The notes: generated from the letters alone by a model not told the origin. DNA of 64,000 nt from Polyangiaceae bacterium (GCA_044376115.1 JBILLK010000022.1:111026-175025), one strand, 5' to 3'. Shown: positions 8,085-18,032, numbered from the stretch's first letter. Translations and numbers: made by a program.

Positions 8085-9284
8085 ATGCGTAAAACATCGT
8101 CTTTCTTCGCCTGTGCATCGTCTTTCTTTTTGTGCTTCGCAGCGGCCTGCGCCAACGTCGTGATCGACGAGCAGGAGGCAACCGGCGGCTCGAACGAGGG
8201 CGGCTCGAACGAGGGCGGCTCGAACGGGGTAGCCAGCTCGAGCAGCGGAGCTGGAGCCGGCGGCAATCCTGGGTTTCCACCGCAGAGCTGCCTCGGGGGC
8301 GAGGCCGCCATCGTCTCGGCCTGGTCCGACGACGGAACGGTGATCGCCACGCAGGTGGAAGAGGAATGGCGGCTCAACAAACCGGGCGGCCAGGCCGTGC
8401 CGCTGAGCTTCATCAACGGCTACGACGGCTCACTCGCGACGCTGCTCAGCGATGAATCGGGCACCGTTTACACCCTCACTTCCGACGGCCTCACCTTCAA
8501 CGAGTATCCGCAAAACGGTTGGCAGCCCGAGCCGTACGCCGAGCGCTTCACGGCCGGAGGGATCGCCCTCGTGGGCCAGGTCAACGGGCTCACGCAGATC
8601 GGCTACTTCGATGCCGACGCCTTCGACTACTCGACGTACCACCCGTCGTTCGCGCTGCAAACGAGCTCGGCCGTGTGGGAGGAGGAGCGCTTCAGCGTGC
8701 GGGTCGCCGGCACCGTCAATGAAGCGCTTTGCACCGTGTTGGCGAATTCGTCGGAGCTCGGCCCGGTCCAATGCACCGGCCAGCCGGTGCAGCTCACGCT
8801 GAACGGCGAGATCGGCCTGAGCGGCCCACAGCTCGCCCACGCCGCGGGGACGACGGTGGCCTTCTATTTCAAGCCGGAGTCGTCCTTCGTGTTGGCAGCG
8901 ACGCAGCTCAACGCGGAGGGCGCCGCCCTTTCGGTGGAGACGATCGAAGTGGAGGGCCTGCTACTCAGCGCTGCGCCCACCGCCGACGGCAACTTCATCG
9001 TAGCGATCGCCTCCGGCAGCGGGCTCTACGCCGTGCGCTACTCAACGCAGACCGGCTTCGGTGAACGCTTCTTGGTGGACGCCGATGCGCCGGTCATCGC
9101 GCCCTCGGTCGCGCGCGGCATCTGCGGGGACGATGCGCTGATCGCCTACTCCACCGGCGCGCCCAGCCCCGAGCTCCGCATCGCGCGCATCCGCGGGACC
9201 CAGGTCGAACGCGACACGATCGCCGAGGGACCGCAAACGGGCTTCGGCAACGTCAGCCTGGCCACCCGCGACGCGGCGTTCTGA
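8085..9284 (+). CDS. Hypothetical lipoprotein with Gly-rich linker and beta-rich domain
   Basis: GGAG RBS, lipobox-like FAAAC, GGSNE repeats. Confidence 0.7.
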   Translation: MRKTSSFFACASSFFLCFAAACANVVIDEQEATGGSNEGGSNEGGSNGVASSSSGAGAGGNPGFPPQSCLGGEAAIVSAWSDDGTVIATQVEEEWRLNKPGGQAVPLSFINGYDGSLATLLSDESGTVYTLTSDGLTFNEYPQNGWQPEPYAERFTAGGIALVGQVNGLTQIGYFDADAFDYSTYHPSFALQTSSAVWEEERFSVRVAGTVNEALCTVLANSSELGPVQCTGQPVQLTLNGEIGLSGPQLAHAAGTTVAFYFKPESSFVLAATQLNAEGAALSVETIEVEGLLLSAAPTADGNFIVAIASGSGLYAVRYSTQTGFGERFLVDADAPVIAPSVARGICGDDALIAYSTGAPSPELRIARIRGTQVERDTIAEGPQTGFGNVSLATRDAAF

Positions 9285-9341
9285 AGCTCGCGGCGAGCCG
9301 CGTGGGTTGCGGATTCGGATTCGCGCGGTACCCTCGCGCGC

Positions 9342-9950
9342 ATGACCAAGCCCAAGTTGACCTACTTCGATATGCCTGTGAGCCGCGGTGAAGAGTGCCG
9401 GCTCGCGCTCCACGTCGCCGGCGTGGAGTTCGAGGATGAGCGCCTCGACCGCGCCGCATGGATGGCCCGCAAACCGCATACGCCGTACGGCTCGCTGCCC
9501 ACGCTCGAGCTGCCCGGCGGCGTGGTGCTCGCCCAGTCGAACGCCATCCTCGTGTACATCGGTCGGCGTTGGGACCTGCACCCCAAGGACGATCTCGAGG
9601 CCGCACGCCACGAGGCGATGCTCTGCCACGTGGAGGATCTGCGCGGGCAAGCCGGGCCGGTCATCCGCATCCAGGGCGACGCCGAGAAGAAGGCCGCGCG
9701 GGCTCAGCTCGTGGAGACGACGCTGCCCGCTTGGGCGACGCAAGCGGAGAAGAACATCACCGGCGCGCCGTTCTTCGGCGGGGAGAAGCTCAACGTCGTG
9801 GACCTCAAGCTGTACATGGCGGTCAAGTGGTTCGCCGGCGGCAACGTGGATCACGTCCCGGCCGACGTCTTCTCGCGCTTCGAGAAGCTGAACAAGCTGT
9901 ACGAGACCGTGCGCGACGACGCGCGCATCAAGGCCTGGTACGCGCGCTGA
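9342..9950 (+). CDS. Glutathione S-transferase family protein
   Basis: KLTYFD...RGEECRLAL, TPYGSLPTL, LAQSNAILVYIG and FFGGEKLNVVDL motifs. Confidence 0.93.
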   Translation: MTKPKLTYFDMPVSRGEECRLALHVAGVEFEDERLDRAAWMARKPHTPYGSLPTLELPGGVVLAQSNAILVYIGRRWDLHPKDDLEAARHEAMLCHVEDLRGQAGPVIRIQGDAEKKAARAQLVETTLPAWATQAEKNITGAPFFGGEKLNVVDLKLYMAVKWFAGGNVDHVPADVFSRFEKLNKLYETVRDDARIKAWYAR

Positions 9951-9964
9951 CCTCCGTTGCCGGG

Positions 9965-10579
9965 TCAGAGGCCTACCGATAGGACCTCGAACATGCCGAG
10001 CACGCTGGTCGCATCACCAGGTTCGATCTCGAGTACGAACACGCTCGGCATGTGTGCGTGATGCGTCACTTTGGCGAACACGTCGCTGTCACAGCCGACG
10101 AGCTGGGTGGTAGCGGCGATCTCGATGCCTGCCCGCAACACCCGCGCGCTCGGTGCATTGACGTAAGCGCCGAACGTTGTGTGCTCGCTGACCGTGGAAA
10201 ACGCGACGTAAACCGGCCCCGTAGCTGGAACAGCGATGTCGTAGACGACACCGGGCTCGAGCACACTGGCGGCCGCCTCCTCGAGGGTGGCGAAGCCGGT
10301 CGTAGGCAGCGCCGGAACCTCGAGCTTCGCGCAGAGCTCCGGATCCGGCATGGGTTCCGCACCACCGCTGCCGCCGCTTCCACCTGCACCGCCAGTTCCT
10401 CCGCTACCGCTCTCAGCACCGCCTGAACCGCCCGCACTCATTCCGCCGGTCGTGGCACCGGCCTCACCGCCTGTGCCACCCCCGCCAGCACCTGTGCTGG
10501 TTGTGTCCTCCGCAGGACAGCCCAGGAGCGAGTGCGTGAGCACCATCCCGACAAACGAAGCCCAACGTGCGCGCGCCAT
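9965..10579 (-). CDS. Hypothetical lipoprotein, divergent from the MNIO operon
   Basis: Lipobox LLGC, Gly-rich linker, small beta domain with THHAHMP; TAGTCT 7 nt upstream of ATG 10579. Confidence 0.7.
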   Translation of the reverse strand: MARARWASFVGMVLTHSLLGCPAEDTTSTGAGGGGTGGEAGATTGGMSAGGSGGAESGSGGTGGAGGSGGSGGAEPMPDPELCAKLEVPALPTTGFATLEEAAASVLEPGVVYDIAVPATGPVYVAFSTVSEHTTFGAYVNAPSARVLRAGIEIAATTQLVGCDSDVFAKVTHHAHMPSVFVLEIEPGDATSVLGMFEVLSVGL

Positions 10580-10669
10580 CGCGAGCAGACTACTCGATGA
10601 AGGCGCGACTGTGCCGCGTGCGACAACGTGTCGCACGCCGCCCCTAAGCGAGCTTGCTATCAGGGGACC

Positions 10670-11443
10670 ATGACCACTGCTTCACGTTCCCCGATGCAAT
10701 CGGCCTTGCTCTTCGCGGCGACAGCTGGCCTCGCGCTTGGCGCAGCTCATTGTGGTGACAACGACTCCACGTCGACGAAGGGCTGCCCCGAAGGAGGCTC
10801 CACCTCCAACGCCGGAGCGGGTGGCACAGGGGCTGGCGGAGCCAGTGCGGGGGGCGCGGGAGGGACCGGCGGGGAAGCAGGAGGCAAGACCGTCATTTCC
10901 TCAGTGGAAGACAAGACCGTACGGTTCGCGACCTTCAAGGCCGACTGCGAAGAGCGCGGCGGCTACGTCCAGACGCATGCGGTCTGCTCGGGCAACAACG
11001 CCTGCAAGGGTGTGTCCTTCAACAAGTACGACTTTTACCTGACCGAGCACACCTGCAGCGCGATGAACACTTGCGGCGGCATGAGCTGCGTCGTGCTCCC
11101 CGAGGACGCCGGGCGCACGCCCGAGGAGATCTACGAGACGTCGTGCGCGGGCTGTCACGGACTCGCCGAAAATGGCTTCGTGCTCTATATGCCGCCGGGG
11201 ACGGACCTCGTTCAGGCGCTCGCGGACGTCCAGACCAAGGACCGTGAGTTCATCCACTCGGCGGTCGCCTTCGGGATCTCGTCTCGCAGCAGCAACGGCG
11301 TAGCCGCCGCGAACATGCCTGCATTGCACAAGGAGCTTTCGCGCGCCGAGATCGAGCGGGTTACCGAGTACGCCTTGGAGCTGCCGATGACCGCGGAGGA
11401 GTACGGGATCCTCGGCGTGAATGAAGAGGTCACGCCCGAGTGA
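10670..11443 (+). CDS. Lipoprotein with bufferin-like Cys motifs fused to class I cytochrome c; putative MNIO substrate
   Basis: AGGGGA RBS, lipobox AAHC, HAVCSGNNACKGVS and HTCSAMNTCGGMSC, then CAGCH and distal NMPA; stop overlaps the DUF692 start. Confidence 0.8.
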   Translation: MTTASRSPMQSALLFAATAGLALGAAHCGDNDSTSTKGCPEGGSTSNAGAGGTGAGGASAGGAGGTGGEAGGKTVISSVEDKTVRFATFKADCEERGGYVQTHAVCSGNNACKGVSFNKYDFYLTEHTCSAMNTCGGMSCVVLPEDAGRTPEEIYETSCAGCHGLAENGFVLYMPPGTDLVQALADVQTKDREFIHSAVAFGISSRSSNGVAAANMPALHKELSRAEIERVTEYALELPMTAEEYGILGVNEEVTPE

Positions 11444-12282
11444 AGCTCCCGGACGGAGCCGTCGGTATTGGGCTACGTCCGCCGCACTATCGCGCACTGG
11501 CCGAGGGCGAAGCCCGCCTCGAGGACGCTCCGGCGGGACAAGGCACGGTCGACTACGTCGAGGTCATCGCCGACAACTTCATGAACGGTGCGGCGGCGCC
11601 TTTGTACTGGCTGGATCGGGTCCGCGAGCGAACGCCCATCGTCGTGCACAGCCTTGCGCTCAACGTCCTCGGAGCCGATGCACTCGACGAAGAGTACCTC
11701 GTGCGGCTCGAGGCGCTGTGCGCACGAGTCAACGCGCCGTTCGTCTCGGATCACCTGTGCTGGTCGAGCTCGCGCGGCGCGCATTTTCACGATCTCCTGC
11801 CGACGCCCTACACGGAGGAGGTCGCCGACTACGCTGCTTCGCGGGTGCGAGCCATCCAATCGCGGCTCGCTCGCCCGTTCGGACTCGAGAACCTCTCCAG
11901 CTATGCGCGGTTTGCGAGCTCAACGCTCACGGAGTGGGGCTTCTACACGCGCGTGGTCGCGGACTCCGATGCCTGGTTCATGCTCGACATCAACAACGTG
12001 TACGTATCCGCCAACAACCACGGCTTCGACGCGACGACCTACCTCCAGGCGATACCGAAGGACCGCGTGCTCCAGATCCATTTGGCTGGCCATGAAGAGC
12101 TGCCGAACGGCGCCCTGTTGGACACCCACGACCAGCCGGTGAAGGCTGCGGTTTGGGAGCTCTATCGCGGGTTCGTTGCCGCCCGCGGTTCGGCGCCTCC
12201 GACGCTGATTGAGCGCGACGACCGCATCCCAGCGCTGGCAGAACTTGTCGCAGAGACCGCGCGAGCCAAGCAGTCCTTGTGA
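11440..12282 (+). CDS. DUF692-family multinuclear non-heme iron oxidative enzyme (MNIO; BufB/HvfB/MbnB-like)
   Basis: GIGLR, SDHL, DLLP, ENLSSY, LDINNVYV, QIHLAGH, DTH and TLIERD motifs. Confidence 0.93.
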   Translation: MKLPDGAVGIGLRPPHYRALAEGEARLEDAPAGQGTVDYVEVIADNFMNGAAAPLYWLDRVRERTPIVVHSLALNVLGADALDEEYLVRLEALCARVNAPFVSDHLCWSSSRGAHFHDLLPTPYTEEVADYAASRVRAIQSRLARPFGLENLSSYARFASSTLTEWGFYTRVVADSDAWFMLDINNVYVSANNHGFDATTYLQAIPKDRVLQIHLAGHEELPNGALLDTHDQPVKAAVWELYRGFVAARGSAPPTLIERDDRIPALAELVAETARAKQSL

Positions 12283-13139
12283 AGCAGGCCGTCCCGACCA
12301 TCAGCGCGCAAGCACCGCCCGCGCTCGCCTCCTTTCAGGAGAGCTTCGCTCGTGCGCTCGCCCGCCCACTTGATGCGTCGAGCGGGATCTTCGTGCCCGA
12401 CGCCGTCGCGATCGATACGACGTTGCGAATGAACACCCTCCCCTCTCACCATGGAGCGGAGGGCGCTTCGATATCGGTCTATCAGCGGCAAGTCTGGCTC
12501 CGCTGGTTCTCGGCGTTTCATGACGCATTTCCTCTGCTCGCGAGGCTCATCGGCTTCTTTCGGCTCAACGCGCTCGTGAGCGAGTTCCTCGTCGAGCGAC
12601 CCGCGACGGATCCGGATCTCAATCGCATCAGCCTCGGATTTGCGTCGTGGCTGATCGCGCGGAGGCCCACGATGGGTGTCGATGAGCGGCTCATTGCGGA
12701 TGCAGCGCGACTCGACGAGGCCTGGAGGCTCGCTGCGCTCGCTGAAGCAGAGCCGGCTTGGCGCGGCTCGCTCGCGTCGCTCGGGGATGCGCGCCTCCTT
12801 CGAAGGGCATGCGTCCAGGTGGTTCGTGTGGCGTACCCCGTCGTGGCCTTGCGGCATCGTGCGCTGGCACTCCAAGGAGAAGAGCGCGTCGTTGCGCCCG
12901 TTCGCTCCCGTGAGGAGGAGATCATCGTCGTCGTGCGCACGAGCGACGGATTTGGTGAGGTCTCACTGGCCGGTCCGGCGGGCGATCTTCTCGATTGGCT
13001 CGAGGATGGCACGGTGGGGAGCGCTCTCGCGAAGCTCGAGGAGGTTCATGGCCATCGAGGCGTCGACGCTCTCACCGCAGACGTCCAGCGGGTCTTCGCT
13101 CTCGGCTCGGCCCACGGCTTTTGGTGCGCACCCGCGTGA
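12279..13139 (+). CDS. DUF2063-family MNIO partner protein (BufC/HvfC-like)
   Basis: FQESFARAL, ISVYQRQ, FPLLARLIG..RLNALVSEFL..RP, IADAARLDEAW; coupled to the DUF692 gene. Confidence 0.82.
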   Translation: MKQAVPTISAQAPPALASFQESFARALARPLDASSGIFVPDAVAIDTTLRMNTLPSHHGAEGASISVYQRQVWLRWFSAFHDAFPLLARLIGFFRLNALVSEFLVERPATDPDLNRISLGFASWLIARRPTMGVDERLIADAARLDEAWRLAALAEAEPAWRGSLASLGDARLLRRACVQVVRVAYPVVALRHRALALQGEERVVAPVRSREEEIIVVVRTSDGFGEVSLAGPAGDLLDWLEDGTVGSALAKLEEVHGHRGVDALTADVQRVFALGSAHGFWCAPA

Positions 13140-13176
13140 CAGGAAGGAGGCCGCGCGCGGGCTGCGGCAGCAGCTA

Positions 13177-14202
13177 CTATTTCTCGAGAGCCTTGTGCAG
13201 CGCCTTAGCGGCCGCCGGCGGCAGCGAATCCACTTCGGCCGCTGCGCGGACGCGATCGGCGAAGACGGTGGCCGTCGCTAACGCCTTCAGCTCCGGGGTG
13301 GTTTGGCGGATTCTCCGCAGCAGCACCAGAAACACCCGCGCCGCGTCGGCGCCGAGGTTGTCGACAACGGTGTAGGTTTGCTTCAACAGAATCATGCCGT
13401 GAGCGTCTTGCGGCCACGCCTCTGCAACCTGCAGCGCAACCTCCACGTCGAAGAGGGCCGCAGGTACAAAGTAAAAGCTCCGTCGAAGCTGCGGCTCAGC
13501 GCGCAGCCGCTCGTGCAGCGGCTCCGGGTCGCGGCAAAAAACCAGCGCGGCCCAGGGGGAGGACAGCACCTCGAGCTCCAGCAGCAGCGCCTGCGCATCG
13601 GCGTACTCCGCGGGCGTGGCGCGGAGAGCCGCCCGTCGCAACAAAAGCAAGTCGATCAAATAAGTGGAGCTGCCCCTCAGCTCATACACGCGCGGTGGGA
13701 GGTCAACAGGTCCGAGGACCACCAAACGCTTCCTCCCGGTACCGTCGGCATGCAGGCTGAAGCGATGACGGCTTTGCCCGGTGAACAGCACCTCCAAGGC
13801 AAAGCGCAAGCCGCGCGTAAGCCAAAGCGGCATGAGATCCTCGATCACTCGGTCGGAGTCGCGCGAGAGCGCCTGCTCGAAACAAACGAGCTCAAGCCGC
13901 AGCCCCTCTGCCACAAGGTCGCGCATGGCCGGCGGTTCTGGCGCCAACAACTCTGCGCGCAGCTCGGCGAGGAGCGGCTCTCCCGCGAGTTCCTCTGGCT
14001 CGAGCGGCCGATCCGCGAGGAAGCGCGCAGCACGAGCGCGCGCACCCACGCTGGCCCAAGCCTCGCTCAGCGAACGAGTCCCATCGCCCGGTAACGGCGC
14101 GAGCGACCCATAGACCTGCTTGCGCGTCGCCGGCGTCCAGGTGACGCCATCCTTGACCAAAACAGCTTTGCTCTTCGGCGTCTTTGGCTTCGACTGCTTC
14201 AT
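13177..14202 (-). CDS. Hypothetical protein
   Basis: Long open frame; start reset to MKQSKPK to avoid overlapping the divergent gene; no recognised motif. Confidence 0.6.
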   Translation of the reverse strand: MKQSKPKTPKSKAVLVKDGVTWTPATRKQVYGSLAPLPGDGTRSLSEAWASVGARARAARFLADRPLEPEELAGEPLLAELRAELLAPEPPAMRDLVAEGLRLELVCFEQALSRDSDRVIEDLMPLWLTRGLRFALEVLFTGQSRHRFSLHADGTGRKRLVVLGPVDLPPRVYELRGSSTYLIDLLLLRRAALRATPAEYADAQALLLELEVLSSPWAALVFCRDPEPLHERLRAEPQLRRSFYFVPAALFDVEVALQVAEAWPQDAHGMILLKQTYTVVDNLGADAARVFLVLLRRIRQTTPELKALATATVFADRVRAAAEVDSLPPAAAKALHKALEK

Positions 14203-14321
14203 ACGCGGGCAACGATCGCACGCGAAGCATCGGCGGTAAACGGCGGCCTCGACTCGGGCGACCCGCTCCCGAGCGCGCACGGTCGACAGAACTTTCAGCA
14301 CCGTGTCACGTAAGCTCCTTG

Positions 14322-15416
14322 ATGATGAAGCGATCGGCTGTGGTTTGCGCGGTGCTGCTCCTCGGGTGTGCGGATGGCGCGAAGGGCGGTGGTTCGGCCG
14401 CGGCTGCGACCAGCAGCTCGTCGGCTTCCGCTGCGGGGAGCGCGGCTGCGACGTTGGGGACGGAGCCTCCGACCTTACCGAATCCACTGCCCAGCGGGCC
14501 GACCCACTACGGGGTGAGCAAGCCGCCCCCGCCCAACAGCGCTTGTCCGCCGCTACCGAAGAGCACGCCCGGCGCGTTCGCGCCCGTGGCCGCGGCTGCG
14601 CACCGCCTCGCGTGTGAACCGGCGCTCTACTTCTTGTCGCTGGAGGCGCTGCGCGCGGAGCTCGCGCTGCCAGCCGACCACACCATCGAGTTCGCTGCGC
14701 CGAGCGCAGTGACGCTCCGCTTTCCGAAGGGCAGCGCCGTCGATCTCGCGAGCGCGCTCGGCCTCGTTGATGGCGTCGCGATGCGACACAACCGCGGAGC
14801 GTGGAGCTGGCGAAACTGGAACATGGGCACGAAGGGAGCCGCGGAGGACGTGCTCGAGCTGTGGAGCCCTGCGCGCGTTTACGTCGGTCTGAACGTCAAG
14901 CGCCCAAGCGACGACTCGATCCGTGAGCTGCCGCTCGAGGACAGCACGCTCAGCGGCCAACTTTCGGTGAGCCAGCCCGAAGCGGTGCTGCCCATCGTCG
15001 ATGACACGCTCGCGTCAGCGATGCTCCACGTCGCGATCACGCAGCTGGCCCAAGAGAAGGAGCGCCTCGCGGAAGACCCGGCCGAGGTCGCCAAACGTTT
15101 CGGGCTCGCGAACGACAGGTTTCGGCTCTCGCGCCGCACGAGCAGCAGCGGCTCCACCTCGATCAAGGGCATCGACATCTGGGTCACGCGCTCACGCGTC
15201 GCGGCCGGGCCGTTGATCGAGGCGCTCGGCTTGACCGGCACGATCGAGCGCTCCCGCGCCAACGACTCGGATGAGTTCTTGCTCCAGCGTGGCCAAACGA
15301 CTGAGTTTGCGTGGCGCGGACTGTCGCTCGAGCTCGCCTTCGACGAGCGCACCGGCGCGGCAGCGGCCGGACGGCACGGTTCGTTCGTGCTCGACCGCGT
15401 GACGCTTATGCCGTAG
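14322..15416 (+). CDS. Hypothetical lipoprotein
   Basis: MMKRSAVVCAVLLLGC lipobox, Ala/Ser/Pro linker; TAAGCT at 14311-14316. Confidence 0.7.
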   Translation: MMKRSAVVCAVLLLGCADGAKGGGSAAAATSSSSASAAGSAAATLGTEPPTLPNPLPSGPTHYGVSKPPPPNSACPPLPKSTPGAFAPVAAAAHRLACEPALYFLSLEALRAELALPADHTIEFAAPSAVTLRFPKGSAVDLASALGLVDGVAMRHNRGAWSWRNWNMGTKGAAEDVLELWSPARVYVGLNVKRPSDDSIRELPLEDSTLSGQLSVSQPEAVLPIVDDTLASAMLHVAITQLAQEKERLAEDPAEVAKRFGLANDRFRLSRRTSSSGSTSIKGIDIWVTRSRVAAGPLIEALGLTGTIERSRANDSDEFLLQRGQTTEFAWRGLSLELAFDERTGAAAAGRHGSFVLDRVTLMP

Positions 15417-15479
15417 CGAGCGACCACGCCCTCGCTGGCGAACCGCTCTCACGGCTCGATCGCCTTCGAGTGCGCGCCG

Positions 15480-16394
15480 CTAGCGCGCGGGTTGCGAACG
15501 TTGGTTCGCCAACGCGACACCCAGCGCGATGATCCCGCTGGCGATCAGCGCGCGCACGGTGGGCGTGATGTCGAGCAAGAGGAACGCAGCCAGCGCGGCG
15601 ATCGGCGGTTGGGCGTAGACGTAGGTCGCGACCGTCGAGCTGTCGGCGCGCGCCAGCGCCCAAGCGTTGAGCAAGTAGGTCAGCACCGTCGGACCGAGCG
15701 CCACGAAGGCGATCGAGCCCCAGGCCGAGAGCGGCAGCGTGGACCACGGGATGTGCAACGTATCGGCGGCGGTCAGCGGCAAGGCCTCGAGCGCGCCGAG
15801 CACCATCACCCAAGCCACCGTTTGAAGCGATCCGAGCCGCGCGATCGCCCCGCGCGCCAGCACCAGGTACAGCGCATAACAGGCCGTGTTGGCCACGAGC
15901 ATGAGGTTGCCGAGCAGGCGCGCTTGCGAGCCGTCGAAGCGCTCGGCGCCGACCAGCACCGCACCGCCGATGAGCGCCACGCCCACGCCCAACAAACGTC
16001 GCGCGCTCGGCCGTTCGCGACCGAGAAGCAACGCGGCGCCCACCGTGAACGGCGGGATCAGCAGCACGGCCACCGAGGCGTTGACCGGCCCGCTGCGCGC
16101 GAGCCCGCCCACGAACAGCAGTTGGTTCAGGCTGATGCCGAGCGCCGCCAGGCCGGCCAGACGCAAAAGCTCAGCGGGCGAAGGCAGGCTCAGCCGGCCC
16201 AACGCCGCCCGCGCCGCGAGCGCCAGGATCGGCGCGCCCAACGCCAAGCGCACACCGACCAGCGCCGCCGGGCTCATGAAGCGAAGGAGCGAAGCCCCGG
16301 CCACCGGCCAGAGCGCGAACAGCACCTGCACGGTGATCAGCGCTGCATGCACCTGACGCGCGCTGGACGCTTGCACCTTCTCCATCGCCATCAT
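15480..16394 (-). CDS. DMT/EamA family transporter
   Basis: About ten hydrophobic helices in two EamA halves; LLLGRERPS, GNLMLV, YLLNAWAL and YVYAQP motifs. Confidence 0.9.
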   Translation of the reverse strand: MMAMEKVQASSARQVHAALITVQVLFALWPVAGASLLRFMSPAALVGVRLALGAPILALAARAALGRLSLPSPAELLRLAGLAALGISLNQLLFVGGLARSGPVNASVAVLLIPPFTVGAALLLGRERPSARRLLGVGVALIGGAVLVGAERFDGSQARLLGNLMLVANTACYALYLVLARGAIARLGSLQTVAWVMVLGALEALPLTAADTLHIPWSTLPLSAWGSIAFVALGPTVLTYLLNAWALARADSSTVATYVYAQPPIAALAAFLLLDITPTVRALIASGIIALGVALANQRSQPAR

Positions 16395-16450
16395 GCTCCG
16401 CGCTGTCCGCGAACGCTGGGCCGCACGAATGCAGCCCACAAAAACCGAAA

Positions 16451-16476
16451 GGCTTCGGAGGTTTTCCTCCGAAGCC
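16451..16476 (-). terminator. Intrinsic terminator after tRNA-Pro
   Basis: Perfect 11-bp stem GGCTTCGGAGG/CCTCCGAAGCC followed by TTTCGGTTTTT on the minus strand. Confidence 0.8.
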
Positions 16477-16477
16477 A

Positions 16478-16553
<76 letters not shown>

Positions 16554-16591
16554 AAAAGTCGTGTCTAAAGCTGTCTCCAAGAAGCGAGCGC

Positions 16592-16619
16592 ACCCTACTT
16601 GAACGAACTGGCATTGCAA
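16592..16619 (-). promoter_or_regulatory. Putative sigma70 promoter of tRNA-Pro
   Basis: TTGCAA-16 nt-TAGGGT about 40 nt upstream of the tRNA. Confidence 0.55.
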
Positions 16620-16724
16620 GAGAATCTTCATGCGTCTCGCCAGTCTTCCGACGCAGACCTGCCTCCAGCCTGACACAAGCTTCGCGCGAGCCCTCGCGAG
16701 CGAGTTGCGCTAGGGTAGCGCCCG

Positions 16725-18032
16725 GTGCTGAAGGCTTCCCTCCTCCTAACCGGGCTGCTGCTGCTGGGCTGTGCCGACGTAAGGCCGCCTGTAGCGTCTC
16801 CGGACGGCGTCTCGACCTCCACGCAACCTGGGGGTCAAGCGTCGGGGGATTTGAGCGCAGACCAGCACCAAGCGGACGAAAGCGTGCCGGTCGGTTTTGA
16901 GCAGGAGTCGGCCGAGCCGGAGCCCCCCGAGGCCGAGCTCGAGTACAGCGGCGAAGAAGGCGACGAGGGCGACGAAGGGGACGAGGGCCACGAGGGCGAA
17001 GCGAGCGGTGAACACCCCGAACCTGATGAAGACGCCTTCCTCGCCTGCCTCGATCGCGGCCCCGGCTCACCGCCGCATTGCCCGCAGTTCAAGTGGAAGT
17101 CCCCGCTCGAAGGGCTGACCCAGGAGCAGATTCGCGAGAAGGTCAAAACCGAGCTCGCTTCGATCGGTCCCATCTCGGTGGGCGCGCCCAATCGCGGTCG
17201 CTTGTTCAACGGCGTACAAATGCCGAAGAGCGACCTGTGGAAGCAGAATGACCCGGGTAACGCCTGGGGCACGCAAGAGACGATCGACTCGATCGTGCGG
17301 GCGATCGAGAAGGTCAACAAGGAGCACGCCAAGACGCAGCCGGTGATCATCGGGCACATCTCGGCGAAAGGCGGTGGCCGACTCAAGCCGCACAAGAGCC
17401 ACCAAGCCGGGCGCGACGTCGATCTCTCCTACTTCTACAAGGAGACCACCGGCTGGTATGCGGTCGCCAACGAGAAGAACCTAGATCAGGCGCGCACGTG
17501 GACCTTCGTGAAGGCCTTCATTGAAGACCCGAACACCGAGATGATCCTGATCGACACCTCGCTGCAGCGCCTGCTGATGGCCTACGCCCTGCAAAAGGGT
17601 GAAGACAAAGCCTTCATCGAGAAGGTCTTCCAAGTGAGCGGCAAGAGCCAAAGCCCGCTGATTCGGCACGCCAAGGGCCACGCAACCCACATTCACGTAC
17701 GCTTCTTCAGCCCAGCCGCCCAGGCCTCCTCCCGCTTGGCCGCGGCCTTCCTGCCCAAGCCGCCTCCGCCTCCGGTGCGCAAACCGGGCAAGACGCCGGG
17801 CAAGCACAAGGGCGAACCGGGCAAGGGCGAACCCAACGTCGCCAAAGGTGGCAAAGGCCAAAAGGGCGATGAGGCCTCCTTCCTCTATCACCGCGCCCGC
17901 AACGGAGACACGCTGGACGCGCTTTCCCGCAAGTACGCCGTGTCGGTGATGGCGATCAAGCAGGCGAACGGCCTCAAGAGCAACGACCTCAAGATCAACA
18001 AGACCTACCGCATTCCCAAAGCCTCTCGCTGA
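16725..18032 (+). CDS. Penicillin-insensitive murein endopeptidase (MepA-like) lipoprotein with C-terminal LysM
   Basis: Lipobox LLGC; HKSHQAGRDVD and GHATHIHVR Zn motifs; GDTLDALSRKY..IKQANGL LysM. Confidence 0.88.
   Translation: MLKASLLLTGLLLLGCADVRPPVASPDGVSTSTQPGGQASGDLSADQHQADESVPVGFEQESAEPEPPEAELEYSGEEGDEGDEGDEGHEGEASGEHPEPDEDAFLACLDRGPGSPPHCPQFKWKSPLEGLTQEQIREKVKTELASIGPISVGAPNRGRLFNGVQMPKSDLWKQNDPGNAWGTQETIDSIVRAIEKVNKEHAKTQPVIIGHISAKGGGRLKPHKSHQAGRDVDLSYFYKETTGWYAVANEKNLDQARTWTFVKAFIEDPNTEMILIDTSLQRLLMAYALQKGEDKAFIEKVFQVSGKSQSPLIRHAKGHATHIHVRFFSPAAQASSRLAAAFLPKPPPPPVRKPGKTPGKHKGEPGKGEPNVAKGGKGQKGDEASFLYHRARNGDTLDALSRKYAVSVMAIKQANGLKSNDLKINKTYRIPKASR

Noticed and set aside
7531..8163. 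Heptad-repeat ORFs across the tandem array as real genes
   Set aside because: Open frames follow trivially from a stop-free 21-bp unit; they overlap neighbouring genes and have no convincing start signal.
14500..14535. THYG in the 14322 lipoprotein (and EEYG in the cytochrome fusion) as extra splicease substrates
   Set aside because: YG dipeptides are common, these genes are far from the rSAM gene, and they lack the CxxC/CPFC head.
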